DNA of 58,536 bases, filler included, from an uncultured bacterium (lineage in GTDB: Bacteria; Auribacterota; CAZIXI01): assembly GCA_964543115.1 (NCBI GenBank). It is 2 parts of 2 records of this genome, joined end to end, with 100 filler letters (N's around TTAATTAATTAA, not from the genome) between each part and the next. Parts side by side here need not be neighbours in the genome. Positions count along the whole stretch, not along the records: positions 1 to 29,690 come from CAZIXI010000007.1; 1 more part is not named here. One strand, 5' to 3'. Below the pieces are notes generated by a model, which saw nothing but the letters and a program-made list of their open reading frames with translations, ran no database searches and was not told the DNA's origin. Shown in pieces: positions 1 through 9,905 of this stretch; position 1 is the stretch's first letter; every line of letters begins with the position of its first letter. The translations under genes and the position numbers were made by a program.

Positions 1-1424
1 AGTTAACTAAGCGTATTCCCCCGGGAACGAAAACCGTTAGCTTCACCCACCGGATACTAAAACCACGCCTATGGTGGACCTGGGATCAGGGGCAGCCTTA
101 TCTTTACCGGTTAAAAGTATTGGTAGAAACAAAATCCGGGTTGCGGCTCTCGAAGCAGTTGACTTTTGGCTTAAGGGAGATAAAGTTTGATGGTGATAAT
201 AATTTATATCTTAACGGCCGCCGTATTTTTATCCGGGGCAGTAATATAATTCCGGAAGAATACCTTTCCCAATATAATAGGACCAGGATAGAAAAGGACC
301 TGACACTGGCCCGTAAGGCCAACATCAACACCCTGCGCCTGCATGCCCATGTAAACCGGCCGGAGTTTTATCAGGCTTGTGACCGCCTGGGTATACTGGT
401 CTGGCAGGATTTTCCTTTGCAATGGGAATACCGCAGCAACCGGCCATTTCTGCGGGAGGCCAAAAGGCAAATCAAAGAAATGGTCAAGCTTCTCTATAAC
501 CATCCATCGATCTATCTTTGGTGCTGCCATAATGAACCATTAAAGAGCAAGGCGATAACCGGACCTGTTCTGGCCCGGGAAGTGGCCAAAATTGATGGGA
601 CAAGAGCGATTATGAAAAGCTCCGATTTTAAGGAGCATCCTTATCCCGGCTGGTTTGTGGGCAAGATGGAGCATTTTGCCGGACTGCCGGGAAAACCGCT
701 GCCCTCGGAATTTGGCGCCCAGGCCCTGCCGAAGCTGGAGTCCCTGAAGAAGATTATCCCCCGAAAGTACCTCTGGCCGCCTGATTGGGAAAAATGGAGT
801 TACTATAATTTTGTCTATGAACAAACCTTCTATATTGCCGGCATCCCCAAACCGGGCTCCTTAAGGCAGTTCATTAAGGATTCCCAGGCCTACCAGTGCC
901 GGTTGCTGAAATGTGCCATCGAAACCTACCGGATAAATAAATTTACGGCCATTAACGGCATATTACAATTTATGTTTGTGGATCCCTGGCCCTGTATTTC
1001 TTATTCCGTACTGGATTATTTCCGCCGGCCCAAGCCGGGCTATTTTACCTTACAGCAGGTCTATCAACCCATACTGCTTGTCTTCCAACCGGAAAGGGAT
1101 GTTTTAACCATCGGCGATAAGATCCGCGGAAAATTTTATTTGGTAAACGATTACCCTTTTGCCTTAAAGAATGTCCGGCTGAAGGTGAGTCTGGGTAAAT
1201 ATTCCTGGCCGCTAAAGAAGATAAACATTCCGGCAAATACTGCTGTCTTTGCCAATAAAGATGTTTATCCCCTGCCCATTCCAGAAAACTGGAAGCCGGG
1301 GGAATATGAATTTCGGCTGGAGTTGCGGCAGTCGAATGGGAAGGTTATTTCCCGTAATTCCGCTAGGGTAGTACTGCAAAGGATTCCGCAAGGTATCCTT
1401 CCCTATAATGCCGTCTTATTTTAG
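1..1424 (+). CDS. Glycoside hydrolase family 2 (beta-mannosidase-like), 5' end outside window
   Basis: Frame is open from base 3 (…KPRLWWTWDQGQPYLY…), upstream of the ORF-track start at 120. Motifs LNGRRIFIRGSN, CDRLGILVWQDF, NHPSIYLWCCHNE and SEFGAQ are typical of GH2 TIM barrels. Confidence 0.85.
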   Translation, partial: LTKRIPPGTKTVSFTHRILKPRLWWTWDQGQPYLYRLKVLVETKSGLRLSKQLTFGLREIKFDGDNNLYLNGRRIFIRGSNIIPEEYLSQYNRTRIEKDLTLARKANINTLRLHAHVNRPEFYQACDRLGILVWQDFPLQWEYRSNRPFLREAKRQIKEMVKLLYNHPSIYLWCCHNEPLKSKAITGPVLAREVAKIDGTRAIMKSSDFKEHPYPGWFVGKMEHFAGLPGKPLPSEFGAQALPKLESLKKIIPRKYLWPPDWEKWSYYNFVYEQTFYIAGIPKPGSLRQFIKDSQAYQCRLLKCAIETYRINKFTAINGILQFMFVDPWPCISYSVLDYFRRPKPGYFTLQQVYQPILLVFQPERDVLTIGDKIRGKFYLVNDYPFALKNVRLKVSLGKYSWPLKKINIPANTAVFANKDVYPLPIPENWKPGEYEFRLELRQSNGKVISRNSARVVLQRIPQGILPYNAVLF

Positions 1425-1434
1425 TGACAGAGTA

Positions 1435-2682
1435 TCAAATGGTCAAAGAAGCGGCGTAGACACCGTCCATTTGATCTTTGTAAGGAATTTTTTTGATATA
1501 TCTGGTTAGTTTAAATTTTTTATTCTCCGCAAGGAATTTTTCTACTACCTTTTCGTTTTCTTCCGGATCAATGCTGCAGGTGCTGTAAACCAATTTGCCG
1601 CCGGGTTTCAATAAGCGGGCGCCATTTGTTAAGAGTTTCAACTGCTCTTGGGGCAGTCTTTGAAAATCTTCCGGCTGCAGCCGCCAGCGCGCCTCGATCC
1701 GCCGGCGCAACACTCCGGTATTGCTGCAGGGGGCATCAATCAGCACCCGGTCGAAATCTCCGTTGCGGAACTGTTTACCGTCCGCTACCTGAATCCGGAC
1801 AATATTAATCCCCAGACGGCGGCAGTTTTCTTTAATCAAATCGGCCTTGTCAGCGGATTTATCCAGGGCAATAATCTCTCCCTTGTTATCCATTAGTTGG
1901 GCGATCTGACAGGTCTTGCCGCCGGGCGCGGCACAGAGATCCAATACCTTCATTCCCGCCCGCACATCCAGCAGGTCAGCGGCAAACATACTGGCGCTGT
2001 CCTGAACTTGGAACAGCCCCTGGCGGAACTCTTCTATTTCCGCGACAGAACCTTTAGCGGTTATTTCCAGCGCCAGTGGGTGGCCGGCTTTTTTTGATTC
2101 AAGTTTCTTATCTAAATCTTCTACCGAGATTTTAAGGGTGTTTGTCCTGACAATAAGCGGAGGGATCTCATTGCTGAATTCACAGAATTTATCTACCCCT
2201 ATCTTGCCGAAAATCACCTGCCAACGTTTGACCAGCCAGGAGGGGAAACTGTATTTGGCAGAGAGATAGCCGATATAATCCTGTTTGGGATTAGGCAGCG
2301 TGATGTGGATTTTTGTTCTGGCCCAGCGGCGCAGAATAGCATTAATAAAGCGGGCTGATTTAATTGTGCTGCAGCGTTTGGCCAGTTCCACTGATTCATT
2401 AACAATGGCGTGTACCGGTATCCGGTCGAGATAAATCAATTGAAAACCGGCCAGCCGGAGAATGAGGCGGTTGGCCAGCGGTGTTCCGGGAGGAATCAGC
2501 CGGTCAATGGTTCCCTGATGCCTGATTGTGCCATAAACCAGCTGGGTGAGCAGTCGTCTGTCCCTGGAATCAAGTTTATGTTTATCGATCAGAGAATTGG
2601 CGAATAGCCCCTGCTCCACCTTTTGCAGGATACGAAAGGCCAGGAACCGGGCATTTTCACTGGTTAAATTTTGTTCCTTCAT
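1435..2682 (-). CDS. rsmB: 16S rRNA m5C967 methyltransferase RsmB/Sun
   Basis: NusB-like N-terminus; QDSAS, DLCAAPGGKT, DAPCSNTG and YSTCS motifs; directly downstream of fmt. Confidence 0.93.
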   Translation of the reverse strand: MKEQNLTSENARFLAFRILQKVEQGLFANSLIDKHKLDSRDRRLLTQLVYGTIRHQGTIDRLIPPGTPLANRLILRLAGFQLIYLDRIPVHAIVNESVELAKRCSTIKSARFINAILRRWARTKIHITLPNPKQDYIGYLSAKYSFPSWLVKRWQVIFGKIGVDKFCEFSNEIPPLIVRTNTLKISVEDLDKKLESKKAGHPLALEITAKGSVAEIEEFRQGLFQVQDSASMFAADLLDVRAGMKVLDLCAAPGGKTCQIAQLMDNKGEIIALDKSADKADLIKENCRRLGINIVRIQVADGKQFRNGDFDRVLIDAPCSNTGVLRRRIEARWRLQPEDFQRLPQEQLKLLTNGARLLKPGGKLVYSTCSIDPEENEKVVEKFLAENKKFKLTRYIKKIPYKDQMDGVYAASLTI

Positions 2683-3577
2683 TTAGCCTATAGCCGTGAA
2701 TGAAATCAACGGCCTTGATTCGTTTTTTCCCTTCAGCCTGCAATTCTTTGATTAATAACGTTCCCTTACCGGTACCCACGCCGATTCCTTCTTCGCTTAA
2801 AGAAACCACCGTTCCGGGCTCGCTGTCCCCGGAAACAACCGCTGTTTGCCAGATCTCGATTCTTTTTCCCTGCCGGTAGGTATGAGCTGCCGGCCAGGGA
2901 TTCATGCCGCGTACCTGGCTATGTATGTTCTCAGCGGGCTCTGTCCAGGAAATCAGGCCGTCCTTCTTTTTCAGTTTTGGCGCGAAGCTAGCCTCGGCGT
3001 TATTTTGCGGTATCCTCGGCGCCGTTCCGGCAGCAATCGCCTGAATTGTCTCAGTTAACAGTTCAGCGCCAATTTTAGCAAAGCGTTCAGAGAGAGAACC
3101 GCGCGTATCTTCCGGCAAAATCTTTTCTTCCCGCTGGAGAATAATATCACCGGCATCCATCTTGGGAGAAATCCAAAAGGTGGTTACCCCGGATGTTTTT
3201 TCGCCGTTTATCAGGGCCCAGGCTATTGGCGCCGCGCCACGATATTTCGGCAATAATGAACTATGCAGATTAATACAGCCTAATTTGGGCAAAGAGAGAA
3301 TTTCTTTGGTGAGGATTTCACCAAAACTTACCACAACAAGAAGATCAAGGTCCATTCCCTTGAGCTGCTTGATTTCCGCGACCCGGCGCGCCTGGTACAC
3401 GGGCAGGCCGTATTGCTGCGCGGCTGTTTTCACTGCCGGTGGAACTACCTGTAAATTACGGCCCTGCGGACGATCAGGATGGGTAACTACCCCCAGAAGC
3501 TCAAAAGCGGAAATATTGGTTAGGGCCGCCAGGCTGGGAACGGCAAATTGAGGTGTGCCCAGAAAAACCGCTTTCAT
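2657..3577 (-). CDS. fmt: Methionyl-tRNA formyltransferase
   Basis: VFLGTPQFA, INLHSSLLPKYRGAAPI, MDAGDI and RGMNPWP motifs. Confidence 0.97.
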   Translation of the reverse strand: MKAVFLGTPQFAVPSLAALTNISAFELLGVVTHPDRPQGRNLQVVPPAVKTAAQQYGLPVYQARRVAEIKQLKGMDLDLLVVVSFGEILTKEILSLPKLGCINLHSSLLPKYRGAAPIAWALINGEKTSGVTTFWISPKMDAGDIILQREEKILPEDTRGSLSERFAKIGAELLTETIQAIAAGTAPRIPQNNAEASFAPKLKKKDGLISWTEPAENIHSQVRGMNPWPAAHTYRQGKRIEIWQTAVVSGDSEPGTVVSLSEEGIGVGTGKGTLLIKELQAEGKKRIKAVDFIHGYRLNEGTKFNQ

Positions 3578-4356
3578 TGCGGCAGACTCTGATCCTGTCC
3601 CTGTTCCTGTTCCGGACGGCAGGCGCGTAACCCGCCCCAGATAAAAGCAACATACATCCCCAGGTAAACCACAAAAAAGAATGGTAGCGGCTTGAGGGTA
3701 ACCAGAAAAATCAAGGCAGACAGAATGGTAACCGGGGTCAGGGCGTAAACACAGATATTCAGGGTATTATTCAATTTCAGCTGCGGCTTAAACAGCGTAA
3801 TGATCAGGCCGGCAATCAGGGCCTGGATAAATTTCGTGAATAACATATAGAGGTACATAAAGATAAGCATTAGCGGAATAATCGCGGAGACAATGATCAG
3901 GCGCCATTTTTTCAGTGTTTCATCATCAAGCTGAAAACTTTGAACTTTTGCGAGATTGATTTCCTCTGTGCGCAGACTATCCCGTTTAATGAATAATTTA
4001 TCCTTGGTAAGCAATATACCGGAAGGAAAATCATCCGGAACTTCCGCTGTCTTACCGGTTGTATCAATAATTCCGATAAAGTCTTTTTCTTCAATAATAA
4101 ACGGCTGGTCAGCGTCTACCATAACCTCACCGTCAACGATTTCTATATAGGGAATATTCTCTTCCAGCCAGCTGAGCCCTTTATTGCTCATTGTATTTAT
4201 AAAGAAACCGAAACGGACACCCAGGACTACGGCCACAAGCAGCATCAGCACTAACAGATACCGTAATGTTTTGCCCAGTGATTGCGGCAGGATCTCCCGG
4301 TAAAACTTAAAATCACTACAGCTGCGGATCAGAGAAACAATAATATTATTATTCAT
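3574..4356 (-). CDS. Membrane protein, DUF1189-like
   Basis: One N-terminal TM segment, a soluble domain and about 4 C-terminal TM segments with YALTP; stop codon overlaps the fmt start (ATGA). Confidence 0.65.
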   Translation of the reverse strand: MNNNIIVSLIRSCSDFKFYREILPQSLGKTLRYLLVLMLLVAVVLGVRFGFFINTMSNKGLSWLEENIPYIEIVDGEVMVDADQPFIIEEKDFIGIIDTTGKTAEVPDDFPSGILLTKDKLFIKRDSLRTEEINLAKVQSFQLDDETLKKWRLIIVSAIIPLMLIFMYLYMLFTKFIQALIAGLIITLFKPQLKLNNTLNICVYALTPVTILSALIFLVTLKPLPFFFVVYLGMYVAFIWGGLRACRPEQEQGQDQSLPQ

Positions 4357-4382
4357 AGCTTACTCCTTTCTTAGTTAATAAA

Positions 4383-4470
4383 TAGACTTCTGCAAAATAG
4401 AGTAAAAAAGTTCAAGTGTCATCCCGCGGCTTGACCGCGGGATCCAGAAAAGGTATTTTGCAAAACTCTA
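4383..4470. mobile_element. MITE-like element, short form: 18-bp imperfect TIRs enclosing a REP-like hairpin
   Basis: TAGACTTCTGCAAAATAG…GTATTTTGCAAAACTCTA (15/18 inverted match) around GTCATCCCGCGG-CTTGA-CCGCGGGATCCAG. First 65 nt match 42329-42393 at 60/65. Confidence 0.7.
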
Positions 4471-4516
4471 ATTCAATAAATTATAGCAAATTTCCTGTAG
4501 TCTGAAAACGTAAAAA

Positions 4517-5872
4517 ATGATATTATTATTAGGTATGGAACAGATACCAGCTAATGTAAGATCGCTCTATGATAAGGGAAAAGCCGCTTTCCAGCGGCAG
4601 CACTGGGATTACGCCATCACCTTGTTTACCGCTGCCCTGCACGCCGCGCCGAATTTCGCTCCGGCCCGCACACAACTGCGGCTCTCAGAAATACATAAGT
4701 TTCAGACAAGAAAATTTCCCCTTTGGTACAAGATAACAAGCTCCCTCTTCAATATCGTCCCTTACCTGCGGGCGGTTTATTATCAGTCACGGAAAAACTG
4801 GCCGGCGGTACTCGGCCAGCTGGAAAAACCGCTGCGTAATTATCCCCTCAATTACCGGCTTTTAGGAAGCCTGGGCCGGGCCGCCGAAGAAGCCGGCTTT
4901 ACGGAAACCGCCTGCGCCACCTATGAATCAATGTATTTATTGAAGCCGGCGGATATTACGTTGCTAAAAAAACTTGGCAAATATTACCATAAACTCGATC
5001 AGGTGGAAAAGGCGCGGAACTTTTACCAGAAGGCCGTGGCCATTGCCCCGCTGGATTATGAGGCGCGTAAGGGACTGCAGGATTTAGCGGCCCTGGGTAC
5101 GATCAGTAAGGGCTGGGAAGAAAGCGGCAGTTACCGGGAAAAGATCCGTGATGAGGGCCAGGCCGACATATTCGAAAAAGAAGCGCGCCTGGTACGTTCG
5201 GCGGAAGATCGGCAGGCATTGATCTCCGATACGGAAAAACGCCTTGCCGCTCAGCTGGAGAGCATTCCCCTGATCAGGCGGCTGGCGGAATTACATAGTG
5301 TCGGTGAAGATTACACTAAGGCCGCTGAACTTTACCAGCGGGCAATAAAACTCGATCCGGCGGATTCCAGCCTGCGTAAGGACCTGGCCTATATAAAGAT
5401 CATTCAATTTGATAAACAGATCCGGGAGAATCCGGAAAAGAAAAAGGAACTGGCAGAAAAAAAACAGCAGTTCATTCTGGAAAACACCAAGGAACGTGTA
5501 AATGCCTTCCCTTCGCATTTACCACTGCGTTATGAAATGGGCTGTGTGTATATGGACCGGGGCCTGCTCGATCAAGCGGTTGCGGAATTCCAGCATTCCG
5601 TAAAGGACCCCAAATACAAAGTTCTTTCCCAGGACAAACTCGGCCTTTGTTTCGCCCAGAAAGGAATGTATGACCTGGCCGCCAGCCAACTGCAGCAAGC
5701 GGCGGCGGAATTGCATGAATGGGATGAGTTAAAAAAAGAGATAATCTACAACCTTGGTTCCGTCTACGAATCCATGGGCCAGAGGGACAAGGCCCTGGCC
5801 GAATACAAAAAAATCTACGAACAGGACATCACCTACCGCGACATCGCCCAAAAAATCTCCCAAGCCTATTAG
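4517..5872 (+). CDS. Tetratricopeptide-repeat protein
   Basis: Multiple TPR-like helical pairs (e.g. LGKYYHKLDQVEKARNFYQKAV, YNLGSVYESMGQRDKALAEYKKI). Alternative start at ATG 4535. Confidence 0.85.
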   Translation: MILLLGMEQIPANVRSLYDKGKAAFQRQHWDYAITLFTAALHAAPNFAPARTQLRLSEIHKFQTRKFPLWYKITSSLFNIVPYLRAVYYQSRKNWPAVLGQLEKPLRNYPLNYRLLGSLGRAAEEAGFTETACATYESMYLLKPADITLLKKLGKYYHKLDQVEKARNFYQKAVAIAPLDYEARKGLQDLAALGTISKGWEESGSYREKIRDEGQADIFEKEARLVRSAEDRQALISDTEKRLAAQLESIPLIRRLAELHSVGEDYTKAAELYQRAIKLDPADSSLRKDLAYIKIIQFDKQIRENPEKKKELAEKKQQFILENTKERVNAFPSHLPLRYEMGCVYMDRGLLDQAVAEFQHSVKDPKYKVLSQDKLGLCFAQKGMYDLAASQLQQAAAELHEWDELKKEIIYNLGSVYESMGQRDKALAEYKKIYEQDITYRDIAQKISQAY

Positions 5873-5918
5873 TAATTGTAGTTCCTGCAGTTAGCGACAA
5901 CTTTACAACTCCTTTATT

Positions 5919-8132
5919 TTACAGCAAGTCCAGGGGATTGACATCGATGGTGGAGATCACGCCGGCGGGTTTGCCGAGTTGTTTGAAGGAGTCTTTGATC
6001 GGCGGAATCATTAGTTTTACTTCCGGGGCGCGAACCAGGAGCTGCCAGCGGTAGAATCCGCGCAGGCGCTGGATCGGCGCGGGGATGGGGCCGAATAAGC
6101 GGATAGGTTCACTTACCTTTTCCTCCAGCATCTTCCGGTATCTGTGGGCAACCAGTTCCGCCTTCTGGGGGTTGCGGGATCTGAAGGTAAGATTAATGAA
6201 ATGCTCATAAGGCGGATAGTCGAGTTCCTTGCGTATGGCCAGTTCCTGTTGGGCAAAAAGATCGTAATTCTGGGTAGCGGCAGCCCGGATAGCCGGGTGT
6301 TCCGGGGTAAGTGTCTGGATAATCACCTGGCCGGGAACCTCTCCTCTGCCCGCCCTGCCGGCCACCTGAGTAAGTAATTGAAATGTGCGTTCTCCGGCCC
6401 GGAAATCCGGCAGGTGCAGGGCGACATCCGCTGAAATCACACCCACCAGGGTAACATTAGGAAAATCCAGTCCCTTGGCAATCATCTGGGTGCCCACCAG
6501 AATGTCTATTTTTCTGGCCTTAAATGCGTCAAATATTTGTTTGTGGATTCCCTTTAAGCTGGTAACGTCAGTATCCATTCTTCGGATAACTGCTGAAGGG
6601 AAAAAACGGGCGATCTGGCTTTCTACCCGCTGGGTGCCGATACCGCCGAAACGGATCTGGGGTTTGTGACATTCCGGGCAATCGCGGGGCGTTATCTGCG
6701 TGTAATCGCAGCTGTGGCACATTAAGCGGTCACCTAATTGATGATAGGTTAAGGCAGTTGAGCAATGGTGGCAGCGCAGGACAAAGCCGCATTTGCGGCA
6801 GATAATAAACGGGCTGAAACCGCGGCGGTTGAGAAAAAGGATTACCTGCTGTTTTTCCGTAAGGCGGTTGCGGATGGCCGCAATCAAAACGTGGGAAAAG
6901 GTAAGTAATCTGCGGAATTTCTTGATTTCTTCTTTAAGATCGATTATTCGTACCTTGGCCAGCGGCCGGTCATCGATTCGTTTGGTAAGTTTAACTAACT
7001 CGTAAGTTCCCTGCTGGGCCTGATAGTATGATTCCAGTGAGGGTGTGGCAGAACCCAAAACAACCACGGCCTTCTCTATCTCACTGCGTTTAACGGCAAC
7101 CTCCCGGGCATGGTAGCGGGGTTCGTCTTCCTGCTTATAACTGTGTTCATGTTCTTCATCAATAACGATGAGGCCAAGATTCTTTACCGGCGCGAACACC
7201 GCCGAGCGGGCGCCGATTACAATCCGGCACTGGCCGTGATAGACTTTCAGCCATTGATCATAGCGTTCTCCGGCAGAAAGACGGCTGTGCAGTACCGCCA
7301 CGCCCTGCTCAAACCGGGATTTAAACCTTTCTACGGTTTGCGGTGTCAGCGCTATTTCCGGCACGATAACAATCGCGCTTTTCCCCTGCTGCAGGGCAAA
7401 GTCTATTGCCTGCAGGTAGATTTCAGTTTTGCCGCTGCTGGTTATTCCCTGCAGGAGGATAACGCCGGATTCTCTTTTCTCTAATTTATCGCGGACGGTA
7501 TTATAGGCCTGCTGCTGTTCTTCGTTCAGGGTATGCGGCAGGCTTGGCTGAAAACTTTCCAGGCGGTAAGGATCTTTGTCTATCCGGCCGGAATAAATAT
7601 TTACCAGTCCCTTTTTATGCAGGGCACTGATCGCCGCCGGGCCGGTTTTGGCCATACGAGCCAGGTCCATTACTCTGATTGCCGATTTCTGGGCGGTGAG
7701 CATCCGCAGCAGCAGGGCCTGTTTTGGCGCTTTTCTTTCCAGGTTGAGCACTTCTCTATTTGCCTCGTCAACTGACCCGATTATCTTGACGTATCTCGTT
7801 TCATCTCTTTTCGGGGAAATCTTTCTTACCATCCCGGGCAGCATTGATTTTAAGACATGGCCCAGATGACAGCAGTAATATTCCTTCATCCAGCGGGCAA
7901 GCTGAATCAGATCGGGGGAAAGTACGGGTTCTTTATCGATAAGGCTGAGTATTTCTTTTGCCTGCGGATACTGGCTCTCTTCGCTGAGACGGATAAGGTA
8001 GCCCGGCAGTCGGCGCGGTCCAAAGGGCACCCAGACTCTCATTCCCGGCTGGATCCGGTTCTGGAAATGGGCGGGAACCGCGTAATCGAATTCCTTTTCT
8101 AAGGGGACATCAAGAACTACTTTTCCGAACAC
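5919..8132 (-). CDS. priA: Primosomal protein N'
   Basis: GITSSGKTE Walker A, IDEEHE, LGSATPS, two CxxC zinc-finger pairs, GTQMIAKGLDFP and QVAGRAGR. Confidence 0.97.
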   Translation of the reverse strand: MFGKVVLDVPLEKEFDYAVPAHFQNRIQPGMRVWVPFGPRRLPGYLIRLSEESQYPQAKEILSLIDKEPVLSPDLIQLARWMKEYYCCHLGHVLKSMLPGMVRKISPKRDETRYVKIIGSVDEANREVLNLERKAPKQALLLRMLTAQKSAIRVMDLARMAKTGPAAISALHKKGLVNIYSGRIDKDPYRLESFQPSLPHTLNEEQQQAYNTVRDKLEKRESGVILLQGITSSGKTEIYLQAIDFALQQGKSAIVIVPEIALTPQTVERFKSRFEQGVAVLHSRLSAGERYDQWLKVYHGQCRIVIGARSAVFAPVKNLGLIVIDEEHEHSYKQEDEPRYHAREVAVKRSEIEKAVVVLGSATPSLESYYQAQQGTYELVKLTKRIDDRPLAKVRIIDLKEEIKKFRRLLTFSHVLIAAIRNRLTEKQQVILFLNRRGFSPFIICRKCGFVLRCHHCSTALTYHQLGDRLMCHSCDYTQITPRDCPECHKPQIRFGGIGTQRVESQIARFFPSAVIRRMDTDVTSLKGIHKQIFDAFKARKIDILVGTQMIAKGLDFPNVTLVGVISADVALHLPDFRAGERTFQLLTQVAGRAGRGEVPGQVIIQTLTPEHPAIRAAATQNYDLFAQQELAIRKELDYPPYEHFINLTFRSRNPQKAELVAHRYRKMLEEKVSEPIRLFGPIPAPIQRLRGFYRWQLLVRAPEVKLMIPPIKDSFKQLGKPAGVISTIDVNPLDLL

Positions 8133-8809
8133 TTTGCCTTCACTTTTTTTACGTCGTACCAGACCTTGGATTTTGCCGCGGGATTGCGCAGCAGATACGC
8201 GGGATGATAGGTAATCATCACCGGTGTGCCTTCGTATTCATACCAGTGGCCGCGCATTTTATACATGGGCAATTCCAGGTCCAGCAAACCCTGGGCAGCG
8301 GGCAGGCCAAGCACACAGATAGCCTTTTTGTTTTTAAGCAGCGAAAGCTGTTTTATTAAATGGGACCGGCAGGCCTTTATCTCATCCGGGGAAGGAGTAC
8401 GGTTATTCGGCGGCCGGCATTTCAGTATATTACAAATAAATACGTCTTCCCGCTGGAATTTCATTGCTTCGACAATTTTAGTTAACAGCTTACCTGCCCG
8501 GCCGACAAAGGGACGCCCTTGTTGATCCTCTTCATAACCCGGCGCTTCACCGATAAAGATGAGTTGGGCATTGTCCGGTCCTTCTCCGAAAACAAACTTG
8601 TTACGGGTTTTGGCCAGGGAGCATTTTCGGCAATTACTTATCTGTGCCTTAAATTGGGATAACGTTTCTTTCTTTCCGCCAGTTCTAGTCTTAGTAGAAG
8701 TAGAAGCATATACCTCAACTTCTTTTATGCCCTGCTTTTTCAGATCATTCATATGCTGCTTGGTCATTACCAGCAGTTCCCGCAAATCATTTTTTTTAGT
8801 TTTCTTCAT
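8117..8809 (-). CDS. udg: Uracil-DNA glycosylase family 4 (Fe-S)
   Basis: CRKCSL, GEAPGYEED, GRPFVGRAGKLL, KCRPPNNRTP and HPAYLLR. Confidence 0.92.
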   Translation of the reverse strand: MKKTKKNDLRELLVMTKQHMNDLKKQGIKEVEVYASTSTKTRTGGKKETLSQFKAQISNCRKCSLAKTRNKFVFGEGPDNAQLIFIGEAPGYEEDQQGRPFVGRAGKLLTKIVEAMKFQREDVFICNILKCRPPNNRTPSPDEIKACRSHLIKQLSLLKNKKAICVLGLPAAQGLLDLELPMYKMRGHWYEYEGTPVMITYHPAYLLRNPAAKSKVWYDVKKVKAKCSEK

Positions 8810-9710
8810 AATATTTAATAGTCCTTTTTAATCCTTCTTCAAGGTCCACTTCCGGTAAATAGCCAAGTTCTTCCCTGCCCTTACTGATATCAGCGCAGCT
8901 GCGGTAAACATCTCCCGGGCGGGAAGCATCATATTTGGCACCGTAACTTGTCCCCAGGATCTCCTCAATGGTTTTGGCCAGCATGTTTACATCAGTTGGC
9001 TTGCCGCAGCCGATATTATAAAAAGATCCTTCCCGGGCGGCAACTGCTTTCAGGTTAGCGGAAACCACATTTCCCACATAAGTAAAATCCCGCACTTGTG
9101 TGCCGTCACCATAGATGGTTACCGGCCCTCCGCGCCTCAGGGCCTGGATAAACCGGGGAATAACAGCGGAATATTGAGAGTTAGGATCCTGCCGCGGGCC
9201 AAAGACATTAAAGTAACGCAGAGCAATTGTATTCAGGCCGTATAATCTCCGGAAGAGGATACAATATTGTTCGCCCAGCAATTTCCCGGAGGCATATGGG
9301 GAAAGCGGCTGAGGCGGCATTTCTTCTTTACGGACACTAGCGTCACTATCGCCGTAAACGGAAGAACTGGAGGCGTAAACGAAGGCCTTAACCTTTGCCT
9401 GCCTGGCGGCAGATAATAATTGCAGCGTGCCGCCGGCATTTACCGACACTGATTCATAAGGATCCAGGAAAGATCTGGCCACACTGGGCAAGGCTGCCTG
9501 GTGAATCACATAGTCGATGTCCCTCAGGCTGGCGAAAACGGTTTTTTCGTCGCGGATATCACCTTTAACTACCTCTGCGCCGGCAATGATGTTTTTTTCT
9601 TTGCCGGTAGAAAAATTGTCCAGGATCCGGACCCTGTCTCCCCGGGCTGTCAGGGCCGCGACAATATGAGAACCAATAAACCCAGCCCCTCCTGTTACTA
9701 AATAATTCAT
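8796..9710 (-). CDS. NAD-dependent NDP-sugar epimerase/dehydratase (extended SDR)
   Basis: TGGAGFIG Rossmann motif, SSSSVYG, YASGK catalytic YxxxK and RYFNVFGPRQ. Confidence 0.92.
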   Translation of the reverse strand: MNYLVTGGAGFIGSHIVAALTARGDRVRILDNFSTGKEKNIIAGAEVVKGDIRDEKTVFASLRDIDYVIHQAALPSVARSFLDPYESVSVNAGGTLQLLSAARQAKVKAFVYASSSSVYGDSDASVRKEEMPPQPLSPYASGKLLGEQYCILFRRLYGLNTIALRYFNVFGPRQDPNSQYSAVIPRFIQALRRGGPVTIYGDGTQVRDFTYVGNVVSANLKAVAAREGSFYNIGCGKPTDVNMLAKTIEEILGTSYGAKYDASRPGDVYRSCADISKGREELGYLPEVDLEEGLKRTIKYYEEN

Positions 9711-9880
9711 TCTATAATAATCCTAATATATTTTACTTGAATAAGATTAACAATACTCATACAAGGAGGGGCTGGACAGGCCCAGCCCCTCCTGTTACTA
9801 AATAATTCATTCTATAATAATCCTAATATATTTTACTTGAATAAGATTAACAATACTCATACAAGGAGGGGCTGGACAGG
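9681..9880. repeat. Exact 100-bp tandem duplication covering the epimerase promoter region and first 10 codons
   Basis: 9681-9780 is identical to 9781-9880. Each unit has 12-bp inverted ends, CCAGCCCCTCCT and AGGAGGGGCTGG. Confidence 0.9.
9725..9753 (-). promoter_or_regulatory. Putative sigma70-type promoter for the epimerase (second copy at 9825-9853)
   Basis: TTGTTA-N17-TATATT on the minus strand, 14 nt before the ATG at 9710. Confidence 0.4.
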
Positions 9881-9905
9881 CCCCGCTCCTCCCGTTACCA
9901 GGTAT

